The notes beneath the pieces were generated by a model. It saw only the letters and a program-made list of their open reading frames with translations, was not told the origin of the DNA and did no database searches. 64,000 bases of DNA from NCBI GenBank assembly GCA_965217775.1, contig CBDCJH010000002.1, positions 160,001 through 224,000 on the forward strand, written 5' to 3'. This document shows, piece after piece, positions 39,739 through 50,013 of the stretch. A program made the position numbers and the translations under genes. Within the stretch, counting starts at the first letter, position 1. Each line of letters starts with the position of its first letter. The DNA is from Acidobacteriota bacterium (GTDB lineage Bacteria; Acidobacteriota; UBA6911; RPQK01; JAJDTT01).

Positions 39739-40812
39739 ATGACAGACCGCAGGATTCATGTGGTGGTCCTCTGCGGAGGACGCTCCGCCGAGCATGACGT
39801 TTCCCTCGTCTCCACCCGCTCGATTCTGAATCACCTCGACCAGAGACGATACCGGGTTTCGGTCATGGGTCTGGACCGGCAGGGCGGAAGCTACGATCCT
39901 CAGGTTCTGCGCCGGAAGTTGGAGCTCTCGCCGGACGGGCCCTGGGAGTTGCCCACCGGAACCGATCACTGGCTCGCGGTTCTGGCCGGCTTGCCTCCCC
40001 CATTGCCCGTGGTGTTCCCGGTTCTGCACGGACCGTTCGGCGAGGACGGCACGGTGCAGGGCGCGATGGAGATGTTGGGCCTACCCTATGTGGGAGCCGG
40101 CGTTCTGGCCTCCTCGCTGGCCATGAACAAGGTTTACTGCAAACAGGTCCTGGCCCAGGCCGGACTACCGGTTCTGCCTTTCGTGAGCACCACCAAGGCC
40201 GAATGGGGCGAGGCTCCGGACCAGGTTCTGGCGCGGATCGAGAACGAGCTCGCTTACCCCGTATTCGTCAAGCCGGCCAATATGGGTTCGTCCATCGGAG
40301 TCGGTAAGAGCCGCAACTCCGGGGAGCTCCGGAAACATCTGGAAGAAGCCTTGAGATATGACTTGCTGGTTCTGGCCGAGCAGGGAGTCGATGCCCGCGA
40401 GATCGAAGTCTCGGTTCTGGGGAATGAGTATCCGCGGGCGTCCATCGCGGGCGAGATCGTTCCCTCCGGGGAATTCTACGACTACGCAGCCAAGTACCTG
40501 GATGGGATCAGTCGGTTGTTGGTCCCGGCCCCCCTTTCCGGGGAGCAGATGGATGAGGCGCGGCGTTTGGCCGTAGAGACCTATCGGACGCTGGGTGTGG
40601 AGGGAATGGCCCGAGTCGACTTCCTGCTGGACAAGAACAGCCTCCGGCTCTGGATCAACGAAGCCAACACCATTCCAGGATTCACCCAGATCAGCATGTA
40701 TCCCAAGCTCTGGCAGGCGTCCGGTCTGAGCTATCCCGACCTGATCGAAGAGCTCATCGATCTGGGTCTGGAGCGCCATCGTGCCCGGCAGGGCCTCTCG
40801 GTCGAGCGCTGA
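39739..40812 (+). CDS. ddl: D-alanine-D-alanine ligase
   Basis: GGRSAEHDVS, HGPFGEDG, GSSIG, YDYAAKY, NEANTIPG. Confidence 0.95.
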   Translation: MTDRRIHVVVLCGGRSAEHDVSLVSTRSILNHLDQRRYRVSVMGLDRQGGSYDPQVLRRKLELSPDGPWELPTGTDHWLAVLAGLPPPLPVVFPVLHGPFGEDGTVQGAMEMLGLPYVGAGVLASSLAMNKVYCKQVLAQAGLPVLPFVSTTKAEWGEAPDQVLARIENELAYPVFVKPANMGSSIGVGKSRNSGELRKHLEEALRYDLLVLAEQGVDAREIEVSVLGNEYPRASIAGEIVPSGEFYDYAAKYLDGISRLLVPAPLSGEQMDEARRLAVETYRTLGVEGMARVDFLLDKNSLRLWINEANTIPGFTQISMYPKLWQASGLSYPDLIEELIDLGLERHRARQGLSVER

Positions 40813-41041
40813 GAAACAGAGGAAACAGGAGTGAGGACTGAGAGGAAGAGGCGATGCCGGCTGAATCCAGGATGGCTCGATCTCACTCGGAGTAAGTGAC
40901 GTGGGAGTGAGGAGCTGCCCGACCTGCCTGCGGTCCGGCGAATTCAGGGGAAAATCCGGTCTCGGTTCGGGTGGCACGAGTGATAAGCCGGCTGGCAGTT
41001 CCCCGTCTTCGGTTTGGAATTTGGGACTTCCAAGCAGTTAG

Positions 41042-41282
41042 CCCGCATTTCTCTCCAGGGGGTGCGATGATCGCGCAGGATTTTCGCCCTCAGCGCGTGC
41101 TCGCGACTGAAAGCGTAGTGGGGACTACGTTTGAGGGAGCATGTGCACGCTGAGGGCGAAAAGACCAGCGAGGGCGCGCGAGCGCGCAGTCTGTTCCGGA
41201 GAGACATTGGAAAAAATCTCGTAAGTGCCCGAGAATAAGATGTGTTTCATCATGTGCATAGCGGCTTGGTGAGAAATTCGGG
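41042..41282 (+). mobile_element. MITE family B, copy 1
   Basis: Ends CCCGCATTTCTC and GAGAAATTCGGG; TTAG duplicated on both sides; internal hairpin TTTTCGCCCTCAGCG...CGCTGAGGGCGAAAA. Confidence 0.85.
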
Positions 41283-41358
41283 TTAGGATGTTTCCGGCTG
41301 ACCGAGACCGGTCGAAGTCCCAAGTGAATCGGGGCGCCGAATTTACTCGGAAACGTCC

Positions 41359-41390
41359 TCTTCTCTCACTCCTCACTCCTCGGTCCTTTC
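41359..41390 (-). repeat. 32-bp heptamer-containing element, right copy of the inverted pair
   Basis: TCTTCTCTCACTCCTCACTCCTCGGTCCTTTC. Confidence 0.8.
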
Positions 41391-41477
41391 CTTGAAGGTC
41401 GAGATCCCGTTTGCTAAATTCATGCGTCGGTACGAGGCATGACGTGCCGTGGCCCGGGCACCAGGAGGAAGCGCGCG

Positions 41478-41708
41478 ATGGATGAGGCCGCTCTCAAGAA
41501 TCATCTGATGGAAACGGACAAGGAGTTTTCCCGGCTCGCCCTGGAGCATCAGGGATACGAACGCCAACTGGAGGAACTTGTTCGCAGGGTCTACCTGAAC
41601 CCGGAAGAGAAGTTGCGTGAGAGCGTCATCAAGAAAAAGAAGCTGGCCTTGAAGGATCAGATGCAGGTGATCATCCATCGGCACCAAATGGAGGCCCGGA
41701 CCGGCTAG
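41478..41708 (+). CDS. YdcH/DUF465-family small protein
   Basis: AGGAGG RBS; EFSRLALEHQ...IKKKKLALKDQM. Confidence 0.75.
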   Translation: MDEAALKNHLMETDKEFSRLALEHQGYERQLEELVRRVYLNPEEKLRESVIKKKKLALKDQMQVIIHRHQMEARTG

Positions 41709-41863
41709 ACGATCGTCCGGCTGCGGCAGATCCGGGCTTTCGTTCGTACCTATCTTGATTTCCGTTCATCCAGGCTGGGAATGCCCTCCTGGCAGAAGCC
41801 CCAGGTCTTGCCGGGGACCCCAATCCGGAGTCGACTCCCAGCCAGAGTCCGGAGCATCCGCCT

Positions 41864-42469
41864 ATGGCCCGAGACGGATACTATTTTTTTCTTCCACTAG
41901 TCGCATTGACTTTGGTCCTGACTTGGCTCCAGGTCGTCGCCCTGGGTGTGGTGACCTTGGTCCTGGCGGCTTTCGTCGCCTACTTTTTCCGCGATCCGAA
42001 ACGATCCATTCCTGACGATCCCGACGCCGTGGTCAGCCCGGCGGACGGAAAAATCGTTCGTGTGAGACCGTTTGAGGACGGCACCGAGGTCAGCATTTTT
42101 CTTTCGATCTGGAACGTTCACGTCAATCGTTCACCCGTGGAGGGTATCCTGGTCCGGAAGGAACATCGCTCCGGGCGGTTTCATCTCGCCTGGGACGACC
42201 GGGCTTCGGTGGAGAACGAGCGGGTCATCCTCACCATTTCCGGGGACCGGCCCCTGACCTTCGCTTTGGTGGCCGGGGTCCTGGCGCGCCGAATCCGGGT
42301 CTGGAAGAATGAGGGAGACGTGGTCGGCAGGGGTGATAGAATTGGCCTGATCCGATTCGGCAGCCGAGTCGATCTGTTCTTCCCACGGAGTTGTGACATG
42401 GTTGTCAGCGAAGGCGATCGAGTCTACGGCGGCAGCACCGTCCTGGCGTATTGGAACCCCGGGCCGTGA
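41864..42469 (+). CDS. psd: Phosphatidylserine decarboxylase (short type)
   Basis: FFRDP, SPADG, VHVNRSP, FGSRVD cleavage motif. Confidence 0.9.
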   Translation: MARDGYYFFLPLVALTLVLTWLQVVALGVVTLVLAAFVAYFFRDPKRSIPDDPDAVVSPADGKIVRVRPFEDGTEVSIFLSIWNVHVNRSPVEGILVRKEHRSGRFHLAWDDRASVENERVILTISGDRPLTFALVAGVLARRIRVWKNEGDVVGRGDRIGLIRFGSRVDLFFPRSCDMVVSEGDRVYGGSTVLAYWNPGP

Positions 42470-43263
42470 GCAAGTTGAGACGTAACGAACGCCGATTTCC
42501 GGCTTCCGGGGCCCCCAGGCGACGATTGCGCCGTAGCGTCTTGATCCTGCCTTCGCTCTTCACCGTGGGGAACATGTTCGCGGGCTTCTTCGCCCTGGTT
42601 TCCATACTCAACGAGAACTACCAGACGGCGGCGGTCGCCATCGGGATCGCCGTGGTCCTGGACGGACTGGACGGCCGTGTGGCACGACTCGCCAATGCCA
42701 CCAGCGATTTCGGCGTCCAGTTGGACTCGCTGGCCGACGTGGTCAGTTTCGGGATCGTTCCGGCGGTGCTCATTTATTCTTGGGGGCTGGCCGACCTGGG
42801 CAATTTCGCCCGTTTTTCGGCCTTCTTTTTCTTTATCTGCGGAGCGGTGCGTCTGGCCCGGTTCAACGTCCAGTTGAAGGAGATGAAGTATTTCGCCGGT
42901 CTGCCGATCCCGGCGGCGGCGGCCTTCGTGGCGGCGATCATCCACTATTTCGAGACGCCTCCGGATACAGTCTTCTTCAAGGTCTCACTGGTCGCCATGA
43001 ACTATGCGGTGGCCCTTCTCATGGTCAGCACGGTCCGATATCCGTCGTTCAAGCGGCTCAATCTCGGAGGCAGAAAGTCTCATCTTCTGGTTGTGATCCT
43101 GGCCTTGATGGTGGCCGCCGTATTCTTCTATTCCCGGCAGTCTTTGATGGCTATGGCTTCTGGTTACCTTCTCAGCGGTGTTGTTCTGAGGGGTTACCAG
43201 TATGTGCGTTATCGACTCAAGAAGCCGGCCTCTCTGGAGGAGCAGGAAGTTCGTCCGGATTGA
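42466..43263 (+). CDS. pssA: CDP-diacylglycerol-serine O-phosphatidyltransferase
   Basis: DGLDGRVAR...G..LDSLAD; RLARFN; GTGA overlap with psd. Confidence 0.92.
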   Translation: MSKLRRNERRFPASGAPRRRLRRSVLILPSLFTVGNMFAGFFALVSILNENYQTAAVAIGIAVVLDGLDGRVARLANATSDFGVQLDSLADVVSFGIVPAVLIYSWGLADLGNFARFSAFFFFICGAVRLARFNVQLKEMKYFAGLPIPAAAAFVAAIIHYFETPPDTVFFKVSLVAMNYAVALLMVSTVRYPSFKRLNLGGRKSHLLVVILALMVAAVFFYSRQSLMAMASGYLLSGVVLRGYQYVRYRLKKPASLEEQEVRPD

Positions 43264-43316
43264 GAACCCATTCGCTGCTTCATTTCACAATACAGGAAGA
43301 CGCCGGTAGCGAATGG

Positions 43317-43448
43317 CCCTCAGTTTTCACCGGGGAGCGCGCCCGGGACAGTCTGGGTCCGGGAGATTTCGATCCAGGACTAGACGGAAAAATGCCCCGC
43401 AATTTGATCTTTTTCGTGGTCGCGCAACGACCCGACGAGAAATCTGGG
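43317..43448 (+). mobile_element. Degenerate MITE-B-related element
   Basis: Left end CCCTCAGTTTTCACCGGGG; right end GAGAAATCTGGG followed by TTAGGATG, the same 8 nt that follow MITE B copy 1. Confidence 0.4.
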
Positions 43449-43531
43449 TTAGGATGGCGCCGAACGGACCTATCCTGTGTCCGGCCGCCGCGGCGAGATT
43501 GAACTGAACCGCTTTCGCCGGGGGTGAGAAT

Positions 43532-44899
43532 ATGCAGACGCATAAGATTCATCTGCTGGCACAATCCGTCCGCCGCCTCCTGAGGCGGAGTGCGTTCGAG
43601 CACGTCACCAACCTTCTGTCCAAGCTGCGCCCCGGCGACATCTCTCACATCATGCTGGAGCTGGGGGAGCTGCAGCAGCGGCGGGTCTTCGCACTGCTCA
43701 TCAAGCAGGACAAGGATCTGGCGGGACAGACTCTCACCGGGATGGGGCTCGATCCTGCCATCGCTCTCCTGGCCCACTTTTCCGCCGAAGAGGCGGCCGG
43801 GGTCCTCCAGGAGCTGGAGAGCGACGACGCCGCCCAATTCATCTCGGCCCTTCCCGAAGAACGGGCCGGGGCGATCCTGGATCTGATGGCCACCGAGGAA
43901 TCGGCCGAGGTCCAGGGGCTGCTGGAGCATGAGGCGGAAACCGCAGGGCGGATCATGACCCCCAACGTACTGCCCTTTCGGGAGGTCGTGACGGTGGGCG
44001 AGGCCATCCACTCCATCCAGACCACTGAAGACCTGGCGATGTCCTTCTATGTCTATGTGGTGGACGAAAGGTCCCATCTGGTAGGGATCGTCTCCTTGCG
44101 GGAATTGCTCATGGTCCCGCCCAGCACCCCCCTGAGAAAGATCATGACCACCGACATCCTCTCGGTGCGGACCGACACGGACCAGGAAGAAGTGGCACGG
44201 CAGGTGGCCCTCTACGATCTCCTGGCCATCCCGGTGGTGGACGAGGAGAACAAGCTCGTGGGCGTGATCACCGTGGACGACGTGATCGACGTCATCAAGG
44301 AAGAGGCGACCGAAGACATCTTCTACATGGCCGGCGTCGAGAGTGACGACCGGATCTACACGCCGCCTCGGAAATCGGTGAGGAAGCGGCTCCCGTGGTT
44401 GCTCATCAATCTGGTGACGGCCCTCATGGCAGCCACCATCGTGGCCTTCTACGAACCCACCATCGCCAGATTTTCGTATCTGGCCGTGTTTCTGCCGGTG
44501 GTGGCCGGGATGGGGGGGAACTCGGGGACCCAGACCTTGACCGTGATCGTTCGCGGACTTGCCCTGGGAGAGGTGACCTGGGAGAGCAGTCGGGCGGCGT
44601 TGGGAAAGGAACTGGCGGTAGCCCTCACCAACGGAGTCGTCTTGGGATTGCTGTGCGGGGCCGTGGCCTTCGCCTGGAAGGGCAGCTTCGAGTTGGGATT
44701 CGTCCTGGGCGGAGCGCTCGTCATCAACATTATGGTGGCCGGAATCATCGGAACCTTGATTCCCCTGTTTCTGATCAAGCTCAACGTCGACCCCGCCGTC
44801 GCCTCGAGCATCATTCTGACCACCTTCACGGACATGGTGGGTTTTCTTTCTTTTCTGGGATTGGCAACCTATTTCCTGGTCGTTGTCTCTCCCTCATGA
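43532..44899 (+). CDS. mgtE: Magnesium transporter MgtE
   Basis: CBS domains, RLPWL, GMGGNSGTQ, DPAVAS..TTFTD. Confidence 0.95.
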   Translation: MQTHKIHLLAQSVRRLLRRSAFEHVTNLLSKLRPGDISHIMLELGELQQRRVFALLIKQDKDLAGQTLTGMGLDPAIALLAHFSAEEAAGVLQELESDDAAQFISALPEERAGAILDLMATEESAEVQGLLEHEAETAGRIMTPNVLPFREVVTVGEAIHSIQTTEDLAMSFYVYVVDERSHLVGIVSLRELLMVPPSTPLRKIMTTDILSVRTDTDQEEVARQVALYDLLAIPVVDEENKLVGVITVDDVIDVIKEEATEDIFYMAGVESDDRIYTPPRKSVRKRLPWLLINLVTALMAATIVAFYEPTIARFSYLAVFLPVVAGMGGNSGTQTLTVIVRGLALGEVTWESSRAALGKELAVALTNGVVLGLLCGAVAFAWKGSFELGFVLGGALVINIMVAGIIGTLIPLFLIKLNVDPAVASSIILTTFTDMVGFLSFLGLATYFLVVVSPS

Positions 44900-45537
44900 G
44901 CCGCCACCAATCGGAGGCGCTCACCCTTAGAACCTACCCTTACGCCGAGTCTCACAAGATTGCCGTCTTCTTCACCCGGAGTTTCGGAAAATTGCGGGGC
45001 ATCGCCCACGGCGCCAGAAAGTCAGGAGGCAAATTCGGGGGCAGCCTGGAGCCCCTGAACTACGTGAAGTTGAGTTTTCATCGCAAGGAGCACCAGGAGT
45101 TGGCGGTGATCCGGAATTGCGACGTGCTACGGGTCTTCTGGCGGGGGGCCGTCTCCTGGGAGTCCACGCTGTATCGGAGCTATTTCACCGAGCTTCTGCT
45201 CGAGTTCAGCCGGGAGCAGGAGGAAAGCGAGCGTTTCTTCCGCTTGGCCGTGGCTGTTCTTGCGGCGATGGACACGGTCCCCGCCTCCCTGCTGGCTCGT
45301 TATCTGGAGCTCTGGACTCTCAAGTTGGAAGGAATTCTTCCCGATCTCGACAGTGAACTGCCTCGTCCTGTGGCTGCCCGGGCCAGGTCCCTCATGCGGA
45401 TGCCGCCGGGCTCGTTGGAGGTAGACTGCCTGACCCTTGAGGACGACAAATCGATAGCGCGCCTTTCGGAGAAGTTGTTAGAATACCACCTCGAAAAACC
45501 GCTGAAGAGTCTGAAACTGCTGAAGGAACTCCTCTGA
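44896..45537 (+). CDS. recO: DNA repair protein RecO
   Basis: FTRSFGKLRGIAHGARKS..GGSLEP; upstream of glyQ. Confidence 0.85.
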   Translation: MSRHQSEALTLRTYPYAESHKIAVFFTRSFGKLRGIAHGARKSGGKFGGSLEPLNYVKLSFHRKEHQELAVIRNCDVLRVFWRGAVSWESTLYRSYFTELLLEFSREQEESERFFRLAVAVLAAMDTVPASLLARYLELWTLKLEGILPDLDSELPRPVAARARSLMRMPPGSLEVDCLTLEDDKSIARLSEKLLEYHLEKPLKSLKLLKELL

Positions 45538-45546
45538 AACCCGGCG

Positions 45547-46452
45547 ATGAACGAATCGGTCTGTGCAGCACCCAAGGAAGTTGCGGAAGCCCCGCAGACA
45601 TTTCAGGACATCGTGCACTGTCTGCTCGAGTTCTGGATGGCCTCGGGTTGTGTGGCGCAACAGCCCTACGACACCGAGGTGGGTGCCGGGACCATGCACC
45701 CCGAGACTTTCCTGCGGGTTCTGGGTCCTGAACCCTACAGGGTCGTCTACGTCCAGCCCAGCCGGCGACCGGCGGACGGGCGGTACGGCCAGAATCCGAA
45801 TCGTCTCTATCGCCACCATCAGCTTCAGGTCATTCTCAAGCCGTCGCCAGAGGACATTCAGGACCTTTACCTCAAGAGCCTTGCGAGCATAGGCGTGGAT
45901 TTGAAGCGTCATGACATCCGCTTCGAAGAGGACAACTGGGAGAGTCCCACCCTGGGTGCCTGGGGAGTGGGCTGGCAAGTGCTCCTGGACGGGCTCGAGA
46001 TCACGCAGTTCACCTATTTTCAGCAGGCCGGCGGTATCGAATTGATGCCCGTCCCGGTAGAGTTGACCTATGGGCTGGAAAGGATCGCAGCCTTTATCTC
46101 GGGCGAGGACAGCGTCTATCGTCTCAGATGGAATCACGAGAAGACCTATGGACAGATCCGGCGGCTGGAGGAAGCCGAGTTCTCCCGCTACAGCTTCGAG
46201 GTGGCCGACACGGATCTGCTCTTCAATCTGTTTCGTCTCTACGAGGAGGAATGCCGGCGTTGCCACGCGGCCAGATGCGTTCTCCCTGCTTATGACTACT
46301 GTCTGAAGTGCTCCCACACCTTCAACCTGCTGGATAGCCGGGGCGCCATCAGCGTCACCGAGCGTGTCGCCCTGATTGCCCGGGTGCGTGCCCTGGCGGT
46401 GGCGACTGCACGGCTCTACCTGGAAGATCATGGGTCACAGCTTTCTGCTTGA
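45547..46452 (+). CDS. glyQ: Glycine-tRNA ligase alpha subunit
   Basis: [35 protein letters not shown]. Confidence 0.96.
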   Translation: MNESVCAAPKEVAEAPQTFQDIVHCLLEFWMASGCVAQQPYDTEVGAGTMHPETFLRVLGPEPYRVVYVQPSRRPADGRYGQNPNRLYRHHQLQVILKPSPEDIQDLYLKSLASIGVDLKRHDIRFEEDNWESPTLGAWGVGWQVLLDGLEITQFTYFQQAGGIELMPVPVELTYGLERIAAFISGEDSVYRLRWNHEKTYGQIRRLEEAEFSRYSFEVADTDLLFNLFRLYEEECRRCHAARCVLPAYDYCLKCSHTFNLLDSRGAISVTERVALIARVRALAVATARLYLEDHGSQLSA

Positions 46453-48481
46453 GTTGGGCCTGGAGGAGATGCCCGCCGACGTCATCGCTCCGGCGCTGGC
46501 CGAGCTTGGCCGAAATCTGAAGGGTTTGCTGGCCCAGGAAGGGGTCTCCGCCGCCTCGGTTCGTTCCTACGGCACTCCCAGGAGACTGGCCTTGCTGGCC
46601 GACGGGCTGCCCGAGCGCCAGCCGGGGAGGGAGGAGCTTGTCCTCGGTCCCCCCGTCCGGGTCGCCCTGGGACCCGACGGGGGCCCAGCGAGGGCTGCTT
46701 TCGGATTCGCTCGCAGCCAGGGTCTGAACGTGGAACTGCTGGAGAGGGTAGAGACTCCAAAGGGCGAATACCTGGGATACCGAAAGAGGATTCCGGGCCG
46801 GTCCCTCCCGGAAATACTCCAGGAAAAGACGCCCCAGCTCGTGTCCGGCCTCTCTTGGCCCCGCAGCATGTACTGGCGGGAGAGCCGGTTTCGATTCATT
46901 CGGCCTCTTCGCTGGTGCACGGCGCTCTGGGATTCAAAGATCGTTTCCTTTCGATTCGAGGGAATCGATTCGGGACGTGTCACGCGTGGCCACCGGTTCC
47001 TGGGGGAGGACGAGATCCGTTTGGCTCACGCCACCGAGTACCCGGATCAGATGCGCAGGAACTACGTTCTGGCCAGTGCGGACGAACGGCGCAGCAAGAT
47101 TTCCGGAGAGCTGGCGGACAAGGTTCCCCCCGGACTGTCTCCCGTGGATGACGAACGTCTTCTGGAGACGGTCGTTCAGCTCAACGAATTCCCCACCGTT
47201 CTGTGCGGAGACTTCGACGAGGCCTTTCTGAATATCCCCCGGGAGGTGCTGGTCACGGTCATGCGGCACCACCAGAAGTACTTCTCGGTGACTGACGCCG
47301 GAGGGGAACTCCGGCCCCACTTCATGACCGTGGTCAATACCGACGGAGACTCGGACGGCCGAATCCGAAAGGGACACGAGAGGGTTTTGAGAGCCCGTCT
47401 CGAGGACGCGGCGTTCTTCTGGCGGACCGATCTCAAGACCAGCATGGAGGCGCGGTGCGAAAGGCTGGCGGAGATCGTCTTTCACCAGCGCCTGGGAAGT
47501 TACCTGGACAAGGTAAGACGGGTCAAGGCGCTCTGCTCCCGATTGAAACCGGACCCTCGGCTGGAACGTGCGGCTCTGTTGTCCAAGGCGGATCTCACCT
47601 CCGATATGGTTCGTGAGCTTCCGGAATTGCAGGGAGTCATGGGGGGACTCTACACACGCCGGGAGGGCTATCCCGCCGAAGTATGGAAGGCAATCCTGGA
47701 GCATTACAAGCCGGTCTCTCTCAGTGATGCTCCTCCCTCCACACTTGCCGGAGCCCTGTTGGCTCTCGCCGACAAGCTGGACACCGTCACCACCTGTATT
47801 TCCGGTGGAATCGTTCCCACGGGCTCGAGCGATCCCTTCGCACTGCGTCGTCAAGCCCTGGGTATCGTCAAGATATTGTTGGAGTACCGCCTCGATTACC
47901 CGCTTGAAGACTTGGTCCGGATGGCGCGGCAGTCCCTCTCGGACGATGCTGCCGGAACCGAGTCGGAAGACCGGGTCCTGGCATTCCTGGAACGCAGGGT
48001 ACGGTATGTTTTTCGTAACCGGGGTGTTTCCGAGGACGTCATCCGGGCCGTACAAGCGGTAGACTCCCGTCGGAGCCTGCATCTCCGGCTCAGGAAAGCG
48101 GTCGCCCTGGAGGAGATGAGGAGCGAAGTGGATTTCGAGGTGTTGGCAACGGCCTACAAGAGGATCAAGAATATACTGGCCGGCCAGGCGATCGAACTGG
48201 ATCGGGTCCGCGCCAGCGAACTGAGGGAACCGGCGGAACGGACTTTGAACCGGGTGGTCCAAGAGACCCGCCCCCAGGTCGTCGCCAGGCTGGAGAAGGG
48301 GGAGTTTGTGGAAGCGCTGAAGCAGATGGCCCGCCTGCGCGGACCCGTCGACCGTTTCTTCGAGGACGTGCTCGTCATGTCGCACGAGGAAGACCTGCGC
48401 AGGAACCGATTGAGAATCCTCCATGAGATCTCACAGCTTTTCTTGTCCTACGCGGACATATCCATGGTGGCGAGGACTTGA
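46430..48481 (+). CDS. glyS: Glycine-tRNA ligase beta subunit
   Basis: [34 protein letters not shown]. Confidence 0.95.
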   Translation: MGHSFLLELGLEEMPADVIAPALAELGRNLKGLLAQEGVSAASVRSYGTPRRLALLADGLPERQPGREELVLGPPVRVALGPDGGPARAAFGFARSQGLNVELLERVETPKGEYLGYRKRIPGRSLPEILQEKTPQLVSGLSWPRSMYWRESRFRFIRPLRWCTALWDSKIVSFRFEGIDSGRVTRGHRFLGEDEIRLAHATEYPDQMRRNYVLASADERRSKISGELADKVPPGLSPVDDERLLETVVQLNEFPTVLCGDFDEAFLNIPREVLVTVMRHHQKYFSVTDAGGELRPHFMTVVNTDGDSDGRIRKGHERVLRARLEDAAFFWRTDLKTSMEARCERLAEIVFHQRLGSYLDKVRRVKALCSRLKPDPRLERAALLSKADLTSDMVRELPELQGVMGGLYTRREGYPAEVWKAILEHYKPVSLSDAPPSTLAGALLALADKLDTVTTCISGGIVPTGSSDPFALRRQALGIVKILLEYRLDYPLEDLVRMARQSLSDDAAGTESEDRVLAFLERRVRYVFRNRGVSEDVIRAVQAVDSRRSLHLRLRKAVALEEMRSEVDFEVLATAYKRIKNILAGQAIELDRVRASELREPAERTLNRVVQETRPQVVARLEKGEFVEALKQMARLRGPVDRFFEDVLVMSHEEDLRRNRLRILHEISQLFLSYADISMVART

Positions 48482-48541
48482 TTCGGAGATCGGACGACGA
48501 AAAACTCATGCCTTGCCCGAGGCAGGATGAATTCGAGGTGA

Positions 48542-49867
48542 ATGGACATGATTGAAAAGGGTGTAAGAATCGAGGAGCCCCGGGGAAAACTGGGGGTGCT
48601 GTTGGTGGGACTGGGTGCGGTGAGCACCACCTTCATTGCCGGCGTCGAGGCTGTCAAGAGGGGACTGGCCCAGCCCATCGGGTCTCTATCCCAATTCGGA
48701 ACCGTCCGGCTGGGGAAACGGACCGAGGGGCGGTCGCCCAAGATCTCCGATTTCGTTCCCTTGGCCCAACTGGAGGATCTGGAATTCGCGTCCTGGGACC
48801 TGTTCGACGACGACGCGTACACGGCGGCCGTCAAGGCCGGCGTGCTGGAGATGAGTCTTCTGGAACAGCTCCGGCCGGTGCTGGAAGAAGTGCGACCCTA
48901 TCCGGCGGTCTTCGACAACCGGTACGTCAAGAGGCTGGATGGAACCCATGTCAGGAAGGGCCGGAACAAATGGGATCTGGCCCATCAGTTGATGGAACAG
49001 ATCCGGTCGTTTCAGCGGGAGAAGCAGGTCGATCGCATGGTGATGGTCTGGTGCGGCAGCACCGAGATCTTTCTGGAGACGGGACCCGTTCATCAGGACG
49101 TTGCCGCGCTGGAGGAGGGTCTCAAGAACAACCATCCCGACATTCCGTCCAGCATGGTCTACGCCTATGCGGCCCTCAAGCTGGGGATTCCCTACGCCAA
49201 CGGCGCTCCCAACCTGACGGTGGATGCGCCGGCCTTCCAACAGCTGGCCCTTGAGCAGGGCGTTCCCATCTGCGGCAAGGACTTCAAGACGGGCCAGACT
49301 CTGATGAAGACCATCGTCGCCCCTGGCCTCAAGGCCAGGCTCCTGGGGCTCTCGGGCTGGTTTTCCACGAATATCTTGGGCAACCGGGACGGCGAGGTTC
49401 TGGACGATCCCGGGTCCTTCCGGACCAAGGAGGAGAGCAAACTCTCGGTTCTGGAATACATCCTGCAGCCCGAGCATTATCCGGACCTGTACGGCGACTT
49501 CTATCACAAGGTTCGGATCAACTATTACCCGCCGCGCCGGGACGACAAGGAGGGTTGGGACAACCTGGATATCTTCGGCTGGCTGGGATACCCGATGCAG
49601 ATCAAGATCGACTTCCTCTGCAAGGACAGCATCTTGGCCGCCCCCATCGTGCTGGATCTGGTGCTGTTCCTGGACCTGGCCAAGCGGGCTGGGATGACAG
49701 GAATCCAGGAGTGGCTCTCCTTCTATTTCAAGAGTCCCATGACCCTGCCCGAGCTCTATCCCGAGCACGATCTCTTCATCCAGCTCATGAAGTTGAAGAA
49801 CACCCTCCGCTATATGCGTGGAGAGGAACAGATCACCCATCTGGGTCTCGACTACTATGAATCCTGA
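48542..49867 (+). CDS. ino1: myo-Inositol-1-phosphate synthase
   Basis: GLGAVST, NGAPN, GKDFKTGQT, NILGNRDG, DSILAAP. Confidence 0.92.
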   Translation: MDMIEKGVRIEEPRGKLGVLLVGLGAVSTTFIAGVEAVKRGLAQPIGSLSQFGTVRLGKRTEGRSPKISDFVPLAQLEDLEFASWDLFDDDAYTAAVKAGVLEMSLLEQLRPVLEEVRPYPAVFDNRYVKRLDGTHVRKGRNKWDLAHQLMEQIRSFQREKQVDRMVMVWCGSTEIFLETGPVHQDVAALEEGLKNNHPDIPSSMVYAYAALKLGIPYANGAPNLTVDAPAFQQLALEQGVPICGKDFKTGQTLMKTIVAPGLKARLLGLSGWFSTNILGNRDGEVLDDPGSFRTKEESKLSVLEYILQPEHYPDLYGDFYHKVRINYYPPRRDDKEGWDNLDIFGWLGYPMQIKIDFLCKDSILAAPIVLDLVLFLDLAKRAGMTGIQEWLSFYFKSPMTLPELYPEHDLFIQLMKLKNTLRYMRGEEQITHLGLDYYES

Positions 49868-50013
49868 CCCGCATCGCCGGCGACGCGGGACCAGGAGTCT
49901 GCGCAGTAGATCAATTTCTGCGGCGCAGGCTCCCAGGTCCCGCAGGCCCGCCGGTTTCAGCGGGGTTCCCGTTTCGGATCCTTCTATTCGTATCTCCGTT
50001 TGAGGCGGTTTGC

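Noticed and set aside
40813-41477. tRNA or structured ncRNA in the long intergenic gap
   Set aside because: No tRNA D/T-loop motifs; the structure is explained by MITE B and heptamer repeats.
43264-43531. M-box (ykoK) riboswitch upstream of mgtE
   Set aside because: I see no M-box consensus blocks; an Rfam/Infernal scan would be decisive.
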